Source of the DNA: Zootoca vivipara
Taxonomy: Eukaryota
Direction of reading: 5' to 3'
DNA: 64,000 nucleotides
Assembly: GCF_963506605.1 (NCBI RefSeq)
Contig: NC_083277.1
Span: 11,718,001 to 11,782,000 of the forward strand
Made by a program: the position numbers and the translations under genes. Shown here in pieces: positions 1 through 13,033 of this stretch; positions within the stretch are counted from its first letter, which is position 1, and each line of letters begins with the position of its first letter. The notes beneath the pieces are model-generated. The model worked only from the letters and a program-made list of their open reading frames with translations, was not told the DNA's origin and made no database searches.

Positions 1-3000
1 AGTGAGTAAAGCAAATCCCAAGGGGGAAGAGAAGCAAGGGCACACAGAGGGGGTGGCAACAGAACCCAAGAATGGCAGTGGAAAATTTCCAGGTTCCCTT
101 TCCAAAGCTAAACTCTGCTAATTATGTGCAGTGGTCTAAGAGGGCTCAAGTCTGGTTGGAAGCCAATGAAGTTTGGACGGACTATGTCCAGAGGCGAAAG
201 CCATTTTTGGCTGTTGCAGCAGATGCCACAGCAGAGCAACAGGCTGCTGCACACGCTCAGAACAGAGAACATGATAAAATGGATACTAAAGCTAGATGCA
301 TGTTAATGGTATCAATAGATGACTCTCAACTGCCCCATGTGGAAGGCTTAAGGTCTGCATTTGAAATTTGGGAAGCCCTTAGGCATATTCACCATAGAGT
401 CACGCCCAGAGAGAAGGTGAATTCCCAGCATGGGGGAACTGGCAGGCAGAGCTGTAAAGAAGTCTCACAAGTGTCTGCTATGGCCAGCAAGTCGTGTTTT
501 CGATGTGGCAGCAGATTTCATCTAATAGCAAAGTGCCCAGAAAAGCAACAGGAATTTCAGCAGTCCAAGGCCAGTTTCCAGAGCTACCGACGTGAGAACT
601 ACAAGAGTCAATGACCCAGAGGGGGAGAAGGTGCTGATAAGGGATTGTTTGCAATGGCAGCACAACAGAGCCCTAAAAGGAACCTACAAACCTTGAAATG
701 GGTAATTGACAGTGGGGCTACTCACAGTTTAGTCCCGGCGACATCTTGTGGCAGTCTTAGAAACTGCAAGACTTTACCAGTTGCAAAAACTGTGACTATA
801 GCAGACAATAGCAAACGAGAAATGAACCTTAAAGGCACCATTTATGTTAATTGTTTGCAAACTAACCTTCCTGTTTTTGTTCTTCCAGGAATGAAGAATG
901 GACCTTTGAGTGTGTCATGCCTGGTAAAAAGTGGTTTTAAGGTTGAGTTTGAAAAAGATGTGTGCACTATTTCAAAACAGGGGAAGGAGTTAGTTAAAAT
1001 TCCCTGTGAGGAAGGGCTTTTTGTTTTGGATGAAGAGCAGTTGGCAGCAGGCAGCTGTTCAACAGGTGAAGCACAAGCTAAATGTGTAAATAAGGCTCCT
1101 CATACAGGTTGTGCACATCTACTACACAGAAGGTTAGCTCATATATGCTTTAAGTATGTAGGCAAGATGCCAGATTTAGCTGAGGGGTGTAACCTTAAAC
1201 CCTGTTCAAATTTTTTGGATTGTTGTGCTTGTAAACACGCTAAGGTTAAGACATGTAACTACCCTAGATCTGATAGAGTAAGCAAGAAACCCTTTGAACT
1301 TGTACACACAGATGTGTGTGGCCCCTTGCCAGTCAAGTCACTTGGAGGTGCGAGATTTATGCAAATTTTGGTGGATGATTTTTCAAGGGCCAGTTGGGTT
1401 TTCTTTCTGAAAGAAAAATCACAAGCACCATCAATTCTGATGGATTAGATTGAAGAAGTGGAGTGTAAATTTGACACTAGGGTGCGTAAGATACAATTGG
1501 ATCGTGGTGGAGAGTTTGTGAACCACACGCTAGAGATGTGGTTAAAAAGGAAGGGTATAGTCCATAGACTTACCAATCCTTATTCACCACAGGAGAACTC
1601 AGTTGCGGAAAGAAAATTTCGAACATTGCAAGAAGCCATTGCTGCTTTGCTGTTTGATTCTGGACTACCACAGCGTTTTTGGGCAGAGGCTGCACTGTAT
1701 GCGAATTATTCTTTTAATAGAGTGTACAACAGCACACTAGGCAACACTCCTTATTTCATGTTATTTGGGGGGGGAAACAAAAATTGACCATCTAAGAGTT
1801 TTTGGATGTCGTGCTTATGTTCTGGTGCCTAGGGCACAATGCAAGAAAGGCGATCCCAGATCTAAAGAAATGATTTTCTGTGGTTATCAAGCAAACACAA
1901 AAGGTTGGAGATTTGTAAATGTAGAAGGTAATCAAACAAAAATCACAATCAGCAGAAGTGCTGAATTTTGCGAACAGGATGGTTGGAATAGAATCCATGG
2001 CAATTCTGACATACTATTTGATGTGTCAAATGATAAAGATCAGACACAGGCCCCAGGGCGAGAATCAGTTCCAGAACAGGCTGAGGAATCTGAGTCTGAA
2101 GACAAGAGTGAGAAACCTTCTAGTTCACACAAGTTTGAAAAGTCAGAATCATCTAGCCCAGTAGGTTCACCTGTACAGCAAGGGAGACATATAAAGTCAG
2201 AGTCAGAAAGTCCCTCAACTGCTAGTGACAAACAGGTGACGACCAGTGATTCTGGGTCAGAGGGGGCAACTGATAGAGCATCGCAGGAGCTGCCAAGGCG
2301 TTCCAAGCATACCAACAAAGTAAAACCTCCAGAAAGGTATCAAGCCATTAGTGTTTGGGTAGGGTTGGCGAATTGCAAACCTGAAAATTTTGAGGAGGTT
2401 GAGCAATTACCCCAGGAGGAAGCCAGTAGGTGGCGTGAGGCCATGCAGAAAGAGTTGTATTTTATGAAGGCACTTGGTTTGTTTTTCATCACTATATGGG
2501 GTTATATTCAACCGTGTCTTAAGTTAGCACAAAAATTGGACAGTTTAAAGGTCGTACAAAACATTTGGATATCCGCTTTCAAAATGTTTGTCAAACAGTG
2601 AGAACAGGAATAGTTAAATTAAGTTACTGTCCCAGTCATGAAAATTTAGCTGATGGATTTACAAAACCGCTTGGGTCTGAAATAACTTTGTAGGACTCTT
2701 TATTTTTTGCCAGCGAGAGGGGGTGTAAGGGCTTTAAACCTAAGACGCTGGCAAATTAGCAAGGTCATGTGATTTAAGTTGTTAAGTCGTTAAGATGCTC
2801 AGTATATAGAGAGCATTTGTTTTGTTTGCCTGTGGGGTGTGGAGCAGTCATGTCTGAAAGCTCTGGAGGTGTTTCTGTTATCTGTCTGCAATAAAACTGT
2901 CTGTAGAAAGTTGGGCTTCTGTGGGTCGTTTCTGCTGCAAAGCTACAAAGTTTTACCACAACAAGAATCCAGCCGCTGTGCTTAATGCTCTGCAAAGAGA

Positions 3001-3208
3001 ACTGTTTCTGGTCTATGCAGCGAAGCAGAAGCGTTTTACTGGACCAGTACAGAAAAACTCTTAAAGGTAGCCAAGTTCTGTGCTAGAGCCATAAAAATCC
3101 GAGCCAACCTAGTAAGTAGTGCTAAAAAATTTCAGGACAGAGCCAAAGATGATCCATTGCTACCATTTGTTGTACCCTCCCAAGTAGTGATATCTTCTTT
3201 TATCTAAT
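1..3208 (+). mobile_element. Ty1/Copia LTR retrotransposon, defective (gag-PR-IN-[RT deleted]-RNaseH tail-3' LTR)
   Basis: Gag with zinc knuckle CFRCGSRFHLIAKC (72-614); protease WVIDSGAT; integrase HTDVCGP..DDFSR..DRGGEF..ENSVAERK; RNaseH end RTKHLDIRF..YCPSHENLADGFTKPL (~2550-2675); PPT agcgagaggggg then TG at 2724. Stop at 1446-1448 and frameshift ~1765. Right boundary approximate. Confidence 0.92.
2724..3208 (+). repeat. Copia 3' LTR
   Basis: Starts TGTAAG right after the PPT; contains a TATA-like gtatataga and aataaa; right end approximate. Confidence 0.7.
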
Positions 3209-3285
3209 ATTTTTTATAATGGTTGGAATGGTTTATATTTATTGCGTATATTTTAGATTTTATTTTGGATTGTTTTATGTATATA

Positions 3286-3452
3286 CTAGTGTCATTCAGC
3301 CCGTTTAGTAAACGGGCACTAGCCAGGCGGGAACGGAGGGGAAGCCCTGGGACCGCGCAGGCATCGCCTCCGTCGTCGCCTCCACCGGCGGGGATGTGCA
3401 TCGAGGGCCCCAGGCTCCCCCTGGGTGGTTTGCTGTGGCGGCGGGTGGGCGG

Positions 3453-3493
<41 letters not shown>

Positions 3494-4872
3494 AGCGAGC
3501 GGGGCTTCTCTGGGACGCGCCGCCTGCGCGAGCTAAGTGTGCATTGCAGCCAGGCTGGTGGCAAGTCTGCACTCAGGGTCACTGTGGAATAGGGAGGACT
3601 GAAAGTATTGGGGGTGGGAAGGGTGGGGGGGTTGTGTGTGTGTGGTTTGTATGTGGAGAGAGATGTGGTGGTCAAGCCACTCCGGCTCCAGCCTCTTTTA
3701 TCAAAAGGTCGCTGTGGATCCCGTTTCCCTAAGCAACACCCAATAAAAGCCTCCATAAAAAATTAAAATAAAATAAAAGCGCAGCCGAGAGAGGGGCAGA
3801 CACAGACGGCTTTCTCTCCCCACCGCCCCAAATGCTTTAATTTCCCCTCAAACGCGGCCTCTCTGGACGGAGGAATCAGCAGACAGAGGCTCCGAACAGC
3901 AGGAGCGAAAACGGGCCTTCGGGTGAGTCCTAAGCACTTTGCAAGCAGAAGCGAACTCTGGCTGAAAGCCTGCGGGGGACACTTTCGTCGGAGATTTCGC
4001 GAATATCCCGATTTCGCGAATATCCCGATATTCCCCACGCCCTGTATTAATTTGAACGTCCAAAACAGGAAGGAAGCACCGGGCTACGGCTTGGGCTGAG
4101 CTTTATGCCTCAGGGCGCCATCCGTCCTGCGACTTTTGCAGGCGATGGGTCCTTCATGCACCCAAGTCGCTGCTTGCAGAGCGCCCCACGCAAACGTGCA
4201 CCCAGTTGCAAACCACTGCAATAGTGGGGGGGGGAGGGAAACGGCCGCCTCCCCCCCAAGACCTCCCCCTCTTCTGACCCCACTGAGCGTGGGCTGCAGC
4301 CACCTGGCAGCGACACGTGGTGTTTGTAAACCCCGCAAACGCCCGCCCTGCCCCCGCGAGGTCGTAGTACAGCAGCAGCGTTGCGGCGGTTGGGAGCAGG
4401 GGGGGAGAGCACACGCGCATCCCCGGCGCTCGGTTATAGGAAAAGCCGAGGCCGTGGCCGCCGCCCCACACCGCGCCGCCCGGAGAAGCGGGCACAACAG
4501 GTGACTGGGCGGGAACGGAGGGGAAGCCCTGGGACCGCACAGGGGATGCGCGTCGAGGGCCCCAGGCTCCCCCGACGGACCACCGAGCAGCTGAAGAGGC
4601 CGAGTCCTGAGCAGGCGGCAGAATGGGGTGCGGGAAGATGGCGGCGCCGGCAGGGCCAACGGCTTCGTCAAGCATCTCGCTGTCCCGCACCCCATTCTGC
4701 CAGTGGCTCGTTTACTGGGTTCTGGTTCTCTTCATCAGTGGGGAGAGTGTGCGGTGTGTGCTTCCAGTCTCTGCGTCCAATCCCTGTGTCCGTGGGGCAC
4801 ATGCGCAGTAGCGGAAACCCAGGGACACAGGGAATACTGGACGCAGAGACACTTGCACTTTATTATATAGGA
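3286..4872 (-). mobile_element. Non-autonomous Helitron, GC/CpG-rich
   Basis: Minus strand begins A|TCCTATATAATAAAG (4872) and ends with hairpin gcccgtttactaaacgggc, ~9 nt, CTAG|T (3286). Inserted between A and T with no TSD; the flanks rejoin as an AT-rich LINE-like tail. Confidence 0.8.
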
Positions 4873-5711
4873 TGTGTATGCTGGTCGAGAACCGTAACAA
4901 TAAACTAAACTAAACTTCCATAGATGCGGAAAAGGCTTTTGATAATGTTTCATGGGCTTTTATGAAAAAGATAATAGAAAAAATGAGTTTTGGAGAAGCA
5001 TTTTGGAGAGGAATTGATGCAATTTATTCTTACCAACAGGTCATGCTGATTGTTAATAAGGTTATAATAGAAAAGTGTAAAATAATGACGGGGACAAGGG
5101 TATCCCCTATCACCATTATTATTTATTTTGGTATTAGAGGCCCTGGCGAGAGAGAAAGAGTGGAGAAATTAATTAGAGGAATAACAGTAGGAAATAAAGC
5201 ATATACGGTAAATTACGGTAAATTAAATACGGTAAATTAAAAGCTTTTGCAGTTGACCTTGTAATTACAGTGAAGGATCCCAAAAATACTCTACCAAAGG
5301 TGTTAGAAAAGATACAGGCCTTCGGGCAGGTCACAGGCTTTAAACTAAATAAGAATAATACTAAGATTTTGGTAAAAAGCACGATGGAGCAAGACAAAAA
5401 GGAATTACAACAGAATACAGTTAGTTATACATAAAAAAGTCAAATACTGATATTTGTTTCACAGCTTAGAATATTGATATTTTATAGACAATTACGAAAA
5501 TGTGTGGAAAGAAATAAAAAGATTTAGAGATATGGGGAAGAATGAATTTATCATTTTGGGGAAGAATATCAGTAATAAAAATGAATGTATTGCCAAAAAT
5601 GTTATTTTTATTCCAATCAGTCCCGGCAAAAGGCAACGCAGGATGCTTTGAAAAATGGCAAGAAGACATATCTAGGTTTATATGGAACGGGAATAAACAA
5701 AGGATAGAAAT

Positions 5712-6122
5712 TATTGACTTCCTTCAACCACTATACAGTTCGTATAATCTCAGACTTTGGTTGTCTGTAATAATTTTATACATTGTGGACAGACAATTTG
5801 TTTACCTGTGGAGTTTTTAATCTAGGCTAAGCCAATCATGATTTTGGGAACCTGCTTTCCTCATATAATTTGCAAAGACATCCCATTCTCTACTGATTTT
5901 TCCACTTGGTTGGTTTCATAATAATTCTGTTAGTTTTGCCAGTTCGATATGCTCATCTATTTTAATAACCATTCTTCTTTGTTGGAATTGTGTTGCTTTC
6001 CCAGTATTTTGCAATCGCCATCCTAGCGGCAGTTATTGCATATAGAAAGACTCTTATTATCTTTTGGGATGTCTGTTGTGAAGATGCCTAGTAAGAATAA
6101 CTCTTGTGTTCTTATCTCGTAA
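5712..6122 (-). mobile_element. 3' fragment of a second L1 nested antisense in the host L1
   Basis: Minus strand reads ELFLLGI..FLYAITAARMAIAKYW..KEWLLK (L1 ORF2 C-terminus); host ORF resumes after it (RI..|..KLLTDVRERGG). Confidence 0.7.
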
Positions 6123-6865
6123 GTCAAATTATTAACAGATGTAAGAGAGAGAGGAGGTTTTGCCCTGCCAGATTTGAAACTTTATTATGAAGCATCCTGT
6201 ATCTGCTGCAACCGGAAATGGATTACATTGGAAAACACAGATACAGTATTTTAGAACTCGAAGGACATGAATTATGGATAGCATGCATATTTATGGTAGG
6301 AAAAGGCCAAGGTGCATAGAGCTTTTCAGAATCATATAGTAAGAAAATCCATTTTTAGGGTATGGGAGAATTATAAAAATTTGTTTGATTAAAAAACACC
6401 CTGGTGGCTTTACCCCTTGGAAGCAATATCTCTGAAAAATTTTGAATACGAGAAGTAATTGGCCAACTTATAGAAAGCTGTTAACTAAAGTTGAAAACCA
6501 ACTGAAATTAAGATTTTGAAGAGATAAGGGAAGCTGTAACTGACTGGATACAACAATATCTTTAAGCTAGACAGAAAGAAAGGTTTTAATTATGAGACAT
6601 CAGAATTTAAAAAAAAACCTCTTAGGAAGTAACATAAAAAATCTGTCTAAAATCTATCACTTGCTCCTAGAATAGTGTACAAAGGATGAACAGGTCAAAT
6701 CATTTATGACTAAAAGGGAAAAGGACTTAGGACATAACATACAAAAGGCAGATTCAGAGAGGCTTTGGAAAACAGATCTGAAATTCATAGCTTGCTGTAC
6801 ATTGAAAGAAAACTACATGAAAATGATGTATTGGTGATATTTGACTCCTAGTAAGTTATCTAAAT

Positions 6866-7240
6866 GGGAAGCAGTTGGCGCTGTGGGTTAAATCACAGAG
6901 CCTAGGGCTTGCTGATCAGAAGGTCGGCGGTTCAAATCCCCTTGACGGGGTGAGCTCCTGTTGCTCGGTCCCAACTCCTGCCAACCTAGCAGTTTGAAAG
7001 CACGTCAAAGTGCAAGGAGATAAACAGGTACCGCTACATCGGGAAGGTAAACGGCGTTTCCGTGTACTGCTCTAGTTTGCCAGAAGCGGCTTTGTCATGC
7101 TGGCCACATGACCTGGAAGCTGTACACCGGCTCCCTCGGCCAGTAAAATCGCCGGCTCCCTCGGCCAGTAAAATGAGATGAGCACCGCAACCCCAGAGTC
7201 GGTCACAACTGAACCTAATGGTCAGGGGTCCCTTTACCTT
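6866..7240 (+). mobile_element. Sauria SINE
   Basis: ggcgctgtgggttaaa..gatcagaaggtcggcggttc..ggtccctttacctt; 13-bp TSD taagttatctaaa (6852-6864, 7241-7253). Confidence 0.92.
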
Positions 7241-7546
7241 TAAGTTATCTAAAATGTATAGAATAAGTTCAAATATCTGATGGAAATGTAAAGAAGTGGG
7301 TACCTTTTGCTATACGTGGTGGTCACATAAGATTACAGTATCATTTGGGAATTGGTATATAATGAATTGGGGGGAAAACAGTTTAAAATAATTTTTGTTA
7401 AGAAACCAGAAGCCTCTTTATTTGGAATTACAGGTGAGATTACTGGAAGGAAATCAAAACGTTAGCTGGACTTTAGGAATCACTTGTAAAATGCGTCAGT
7501 TTATGGACAATTTAGATAGATAAAAAATGTGGAGAATGTATCGATA

Positions 7547-7871
7547 CAGTGGTACCTCGTGTTACGTTACGTAATTTTTCCAGATTTCTTCGCTCGCATG
7601 CGTAGAAGTGCTCTATTGCGCTGCGCATGTGTGCAGAAGCGGTCCTCTGCTTGCTTTTTGTTTTATGATTGTGTGAGTGACTGTGGAAAGGGATAAAAGA
7701 CCCCCATCCAAACAATGTCTATCATCAGTGCAGGTACAAAAAAATTTATTTTAATTTTTATCATCTACAATTTTGCATTACTTTCTATGGGAAAGTGCAC
7801 CTTGGTTTTGGAACGCTTTGCTTTTGGATGACTTCCGGAACCGATTAAGTTTGAGAACCAAGGTACCACTG
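7547..7871. mobile_element. Tc1/mariner (Tigger-like) MITE
   Basis: TA|cagtggtacct...aggtaccactg|TA. Confidence 0.8.
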
Positions 7872-7879
7872 TAACTCCT

Positions 7880-8390
7880 AAGATTTAAAAGCCTGGAGGA
7901 AGAAAATCTGCCCCCACTACTTTATGAAAGGGATTCAAGAAACAAAGTTGCTTTGGAGAAGGCCTCACCCCTTCATTCTTCTTGCCAGGAACTCTCTGCC
8001 TTTTGTCTCCTCTCCATCTTTTCTCTTTCTCCCTCCACCATCCATCCATCCCTGTCCCCATCTCCTCTCCCCTGGAACTTACCAGATTTCTCCCTGGGTC
8101 CTGGGAGGGAATGCTCAGAGGTTGTGGGGAGGGATGCAGGAGACAGCCTGACCAGGTCAACCGTCCATCTTCCTCCTTCCATCCTGGCCAGGTTTGCAGG
8201 TTCCGTCTCAGCTAGGTTTGCAGGTTCAGCTTCCTGAGTAGCCCAGAAGCCAGAGCAAGTTGCAGCTTCCTGGGAGGAAGGAAGAAGCCAAGGGAGTCTC
8301 AGAGCCCCTGCAGGGATTCTCCTGCCCAAGACATTCTGCTGCCCCTGGAGAAGCCCCAACTGGGCACCCCCATCCCTAGAGCCTCCATCC
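7880..8390 (-). mobile_element. Possible LTR-derived fragment
   Basis: Purine-rich minus strand with composition like the 53597 solo LTR and 34690-35030; termini not resolved. Confidence 0.3.
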
Positions 8391-8409
8391 ATTTTCAAAC
8401 ACCTCCCTT

Positions 8410-8800
8410 CCTTTTTATTTTTTATTTTGTTTATTTAATCTTTATTGGTTTAAAATCAACACATACACACACAACAAAGGCATAGAAAAAGCAAAAGCAC
8501 AATACATCTCTTACAAAAAGAAATAGAATAATACATCACGAATGCAAAAAATTACTCCAGTCATCAACTTCCTGTTTCCTTGATATAGGTAACTTATTTT
8601 CCTAATTACTTGCCTCTATTTATCAATAAGCTTTATCTTTATTAAATCTTGTCTGAATTCTTTATGCCTTATTCAATTCCGAGAGTTATTTGGAGCATTC
8701 TAAAGTTTTTATAAGGGGACACTGTTCTTTTAATTATTGTCTACAGATCTCCCATTCCCTTTTAAACTTTTGGGTTGATCGATCTCTGATCTTTTCCGAT
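8410..8800 (-). mobile_element. L1 3' end fragment
   Basis: T-rich tail on plus; minus strand reads KIRDRSTQKFKREWE, an L1 ORF2 end. Confidence 0.55.
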
Positions 8801-9013
8801 ATTATGTGTGTGTATGGACCTAGAGGATAACATACATGTTTATACCAGGTGATTCCTTAAAGTGGGCATTTCTTTAAAATTGAAGACTATTTCTACAATT
8901 TGGAAGACTTCTGATGGCAGCCCTGTACAGGGAGGTTTTTTATGTTGTAATGTACTTTATTTTGTTAGAAGCCGCCCAGATGGGCAGGGTGCAAGTAACG
9001 TATTTATTATTAC

Positions 9014-9015
<2 letters not shown>

Positions 9016-9067
<52 letters not shown>
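9016..9067. repeat. (TTA)n microsatellite, tail of an L2-type 3' end
   Basis: Direct reading; preceded by an agccgcccag..gggcaggg L2-like end. Confidence 0.85.
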
Positions 9068-9068
<1 letters not shown>

Positions 9069-10399
9069 CTTGCTAAGTCTGTCTTGCAATGCATGCTGAT
9101 CAGACTCTGTTCCAACCATCCCCTTTAATGCAACAGGGCCTCCTATTTTTACTGCTATTCTTTACATTGTTTACTGTCCTTCCTCCACAGATCACAGGAC
9201 AGTTTACAATAGAAAAACACAGATGCATAACACAGCAAGAAATAAAAACGACACCCTCCCCCAATGCAGTTGCGAAGGCCATTGCTTGTTTAATGAGCCA
9301 AACGCCTGGGAGAAGACGAATCCTTTCGCCTGTTGCCTAAAGATAAGGTCCTACTCGAGGGGCCTCCTGCCAGGGTAAAGATATTAAAATTAAAATTAAT
9401 AATGTTACTAAGGCGATCCTGGTCGGCAATGCCCAGTCCTCTCCCCCTTTGCACCACATCCCTGAAGGAGGAATCTTTTCTCTCCCCCCCCCACTCCGCC
9501 TTCAAAGCCCCCATTTAAAAAACAGCTCCCTTTCCTCCCTTCTCTTCTCTCCGTCCCGGGGCTTCTCATCCTGGACCCCCTCGCAAAACCCTTTCCCCAT
9601 AGCTGCCAAGTTTTCCCTTTTCTTGCGAGGAAGCCTATTCAGCATAATGGAATTTCCCTTAAAAAAAGGGATAACTTGGCAGCTATGCCCTTTCCCTCCT
9701 TCCCCACCATTGGCTTTGCACTCACCCGAAATCCTGGGCAGCGGGGGCGGGAATGGGAGACCCCGCGTGTGAGGCAGGGAGTGACGGCGCTTAATTAGGA
9801 GTCTTAATTAGAAAGCAGCCCCCTCCGCACGATGCAGCCCCGCTTCCCGCCTCCTTTGCATGCCCCGATTTTATCTCTGCTGGTGAAGGCGGAAGTGGAG
9901 GCAACTCTGGGGAGGAAGGAGAAGTTTCTCTCCACATTCAGCCTTTTGTCTGGTACTGTATGTCCTTTTTACAGAAACAGTCCCGAATAAGCATAAACAC
10001 AGAACTCCCATGCACTGTGGAATTCTGGTTCGTAGCATATTTATGGGTAAGTTAACATAACAAGAGCTAGCGAGGGTCGGCAGCAAATATAATCTGCTTA
10101 TTGAGAAATGGAGCACGTTTGTAATGTATCACAGCAACAAAGCTGAAGGAAAGATGCAACCCTGATAAGCATGGATGAATAAGAAAAAAATGTGGCAGCG
10201 ACCAGGATGACAGTCTTTCCCAACCTGGTGCCCTCAGGCTCGTTTGGAGGACGCATCTCACCTGGCCCCAAGGCACCTCTTTTCAAAACCTCCTTCCAGC
10301 CTCCTTCATCCATGCGCTCAAACAGCGATTGGTGTGGGCTTAGCCTTGCCCATCTTCTGGCTTGGCTTCAACCACATGATGGGAAGCGGAAACAGAGTG

Positions 10400-10880
10400 G
10401 AAAACCCGCCTTTGGAGGCGGGAGGAGGGGTGGAAATAGCAACCAACAAAACACAGCACAACAATGAGGGAGAACTGAGCGAGGCTTATTTGCGTTCCCC
10501 CCGCGACCCGCTGCTAAAAAGCTCCATTTGCGCCCTCCTTCAATCCATAAACTGCTTTGCCAGGCGCGCGTGCACTACGGAGCCTCCTTAATTCGGATTA
10601 GTGGCCCCCGCCTGGACGCGTTTTCAAGGCTGCCTGTTTCCCTTTGCGGGCTCCGTATTCCGAGCACGCAGCCGCGGTTCTTTCAAATGAATGCATGTAT
10701 GCACCACCTGGAAGGTGGCGAGGATGGAACCCGGTGCATGCGCGCGCGCGCCGGAGATTCGTGTTAACTGATTGACGCGGGGTAGAAAGTACGTGTGATA
10801 GTCACGGGTGTCGACGAGCTGCTGCTGCTAGTGGTGCTCGAGGAGAAGAGGGGCGATCTCAAGGGCTTCTGTCTGAACAG
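10400..10880 (+). promoter_or_regulatory. CpG-island promoter and non-coding exon 1 of gene A
   Basis: CpG-rich; gcatgcgcgc NRF1-like motif at ~10736; strong donor CAG|gtaaga at 10880/10881. Confidence 0.65.
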
Positions 10881-11839
10881 GTAAGAAAGGCTTCTAAGAG
10901 CGATGGAGAGGCGCCGGTGTGATTCCCGGCATCTCCAGGTGAGGCTGCCGGGGGAGACACCTGCCTAACATCTTTGAGTCCGTGTCGATTGGACCAATGA
11001 TCTGATTCACTATAAGGCACATTCCTATGCTCTTGCATATAAGAGATGCGTAGAGCTAGTAATTTTCCACAGGTGTAGCTTTCTAAAGGTGCAAGTGTCC
11101 GTCCCCCCCAATATTAAAGGCAATATTAAAGGCAGATGGGCAACAAAGTTCCAAGCAGCAGAAAATTATTGCAGGATGCATGTTTCACATCAGTGTCCAG
11201 GTGCAACCTAGCTTTGTAAATAAGGCTACAAAAGTTACCTGCCTTTGAAAAAAACCTAGCCTGTTATGAGGCTAACATTCTGTGTTTCTATGCCAGCTGA
11301 AATAGAAACGGGAGTGGACCTTCATGTAAATTTTGTACTGATAAGACTGTGGTGCTGGATTGCAATTATTTTTGTTAGGGTTTTTAAAATTGAGGGCTGC
11401 GTTGAAAGGACCTCTGGGCCTGAAAAGCAACATAAGTATCTGTTAAATAAAACAATACATACTGCGGCACAATCCTAATAAGCCTACTCAAAAGGAAATC
11501 CAATTGAATTCCGTGGGGCTTACTCCCAGGTAAATAGGGTTCCTATTGCGGCCTCAGTCTCTTTACAGGATAGTTTTTAAAAAGCACCTTCTACTAAAAA
11601 GACGGGAGAAGGAGGGATAGAGTTGAGGGATGGCTTCCCTTCTCTGCCAACCCACTCCCTCTCATGCTTGAAATTCCTGTTCAGCTAAAAGCTACCAAAG
11701 AACCCTCTCTATCCATTTTTTCCACATTTGTGCTGTCCCTTGTGGTTTAAATCAAGACAAAGGATTTTTTAAACATTTTAAGCATGTGTTAAGCACCTTA
11801 CTAATGCCAGCCTGGGCTATCTGTGACTGTTTCTTGCAG

Positions 11840-11855
11840 ATGGCTCCCTGGCCTT
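11840..11855 (+). CDS. Candidate 16-nt first coding micro-exon of gene A (MAPWP+T)
   Basis: ttcttgcag|ATGGCTCCCTGGCCTT|gtaaga; phase 1 matches the finger exon. Confidence 0.3.
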
Positions 11856-12647
11856 GTAAGACAACTTTCTCAGATATATGAAATGTCCCCCTGTCTGGTT
11901 AGGCTGGATATACCCTAAATACAGAGAGAGGAATGGGGGGGGGAAAACCCACCCTGTTTTGGGTACTTTGCAACATTTCAACTCTTAAGTGATTACTGGG
12001 GGCCATGTTCAGAGCTAAAGTGTTGGCTGGGACGGTTTTAACCTGGCTAGTCCAGACTCCATGCTCAAACCCACCCAGAACATTTCCCCAAATGGGCTAA
12101 TAAATATTCTTTTTTAACTTTCTATATCTCCACGTGGGTGACGCCCTTTCCAGGGGTGCAAGTCGGTTTGTTGGATCCATATCCAAGAGCTGTATTAGGA
12201 GACACCATGCAGGGAGATGAGGGTGTCAACGCCATCTTGTTGGGTAAGGATGCATTCGATAGAGCCCCTGGATTTCTTTATAATATTTGTCATTAGCTGC
12301 CTGCTTGGTTGTGGTGTGTGGGGGTTTTCTGCTTGTATGTTTTTGTCCTTGCGGTGTTTGCTTTTAAAACAAAGAGCCCATGTAAACGAGCCCACAAAAG
12401 TTGCTAGCCTTCCATTTATTTCATTTTCTGCTATCCTGTTTGAGAGATAGCGAAGGATGTAAGGGCTCCGTCCCTCCAGACTTAAAAAGAGCGTTGCTGG
12501 ATCAGGCCAGAGCCCTGCCATTTGTCCAGCATCCTCATCTCACAGTAGCCAACCAGATGCCTCTATGAAGCCCTCAAGCAGTACCTGAGTCTCTGCACTT
12601 AGCTGCGTTAGTAAAGAAACAGTGATTTGAATGCACTATAAACATGC

Positions 12648-12664
12648 AACACCAGATGGCGCCA
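12648..12664 (+). promoter_or_regulatory. CTCF-like motif
   Basis: aacaccagatggcgcca resembles the CCACCAG.TGGCGC core. Confidence 0.4.
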
Positions 12665-12739
12665 GAGAGCAGTAAATTTTAAAATCCGATTTTCCATAGA
12701 GATTTTTTTCTTTTGTTATAACTTTTCCTGTGTCTAGAT

Positions 12740-12741
12740 CC

Positions 12742-12813
<72 letters not shown>
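12740..12813. repeat. Compound (CT)n(CA)n(GA)n microsatellite
   Basis: Direct reading. Confidence 0.9.
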
Positions 12814-12816
<3 letters not shown>

Positions 12817-12902
12817 CATGCTGCATTTCTCTGCAATGCAACAAAGTGAGGAAGGGGGCTTCCTCTCTCTGGTTTCCCGCTTGGCTACTATCCTGGGTGC
12901 AG

Positions 12903-13033
12903 AGGGTCATCTAGTCCAACCCCCTGCAATGCAGGAATCTCAACTAAAACATCCATGGCAGGTGTCTCCATCCAACTTCTGCTTAAAAACCTCCAAGGAA
13001 GGAGAGTCCACTACCTCCTGAGACTGTTCCACA
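12903..13033 (-). mobile_element. CR1 3' fragment
   Basis: ggtcatctagtccaaccccctgcaatgcaggaatc..aaaacctccaaggaaggagagtccac. Confidence 0.75.

Larger units (their letters stand above)
4918..7470 (+). mobile_element. L1-clade LINE ORF2 fragment, degenerate
   Basis: IDAEKAFDNVSW, KAFA.DL, FGQVTGFKLN, GRISVIKMNVLPKMLFLFQ, ERGGFALPDLKLYYEA; many stops; interrupted by other inserts. Confidence 0.88.

Noticed and set aside
4084-4908. Overlapping 100-200-aa GC-rich ORFs
   Set aside because: Stop-poor GC-rich Helitron interior; no recognisable domain.
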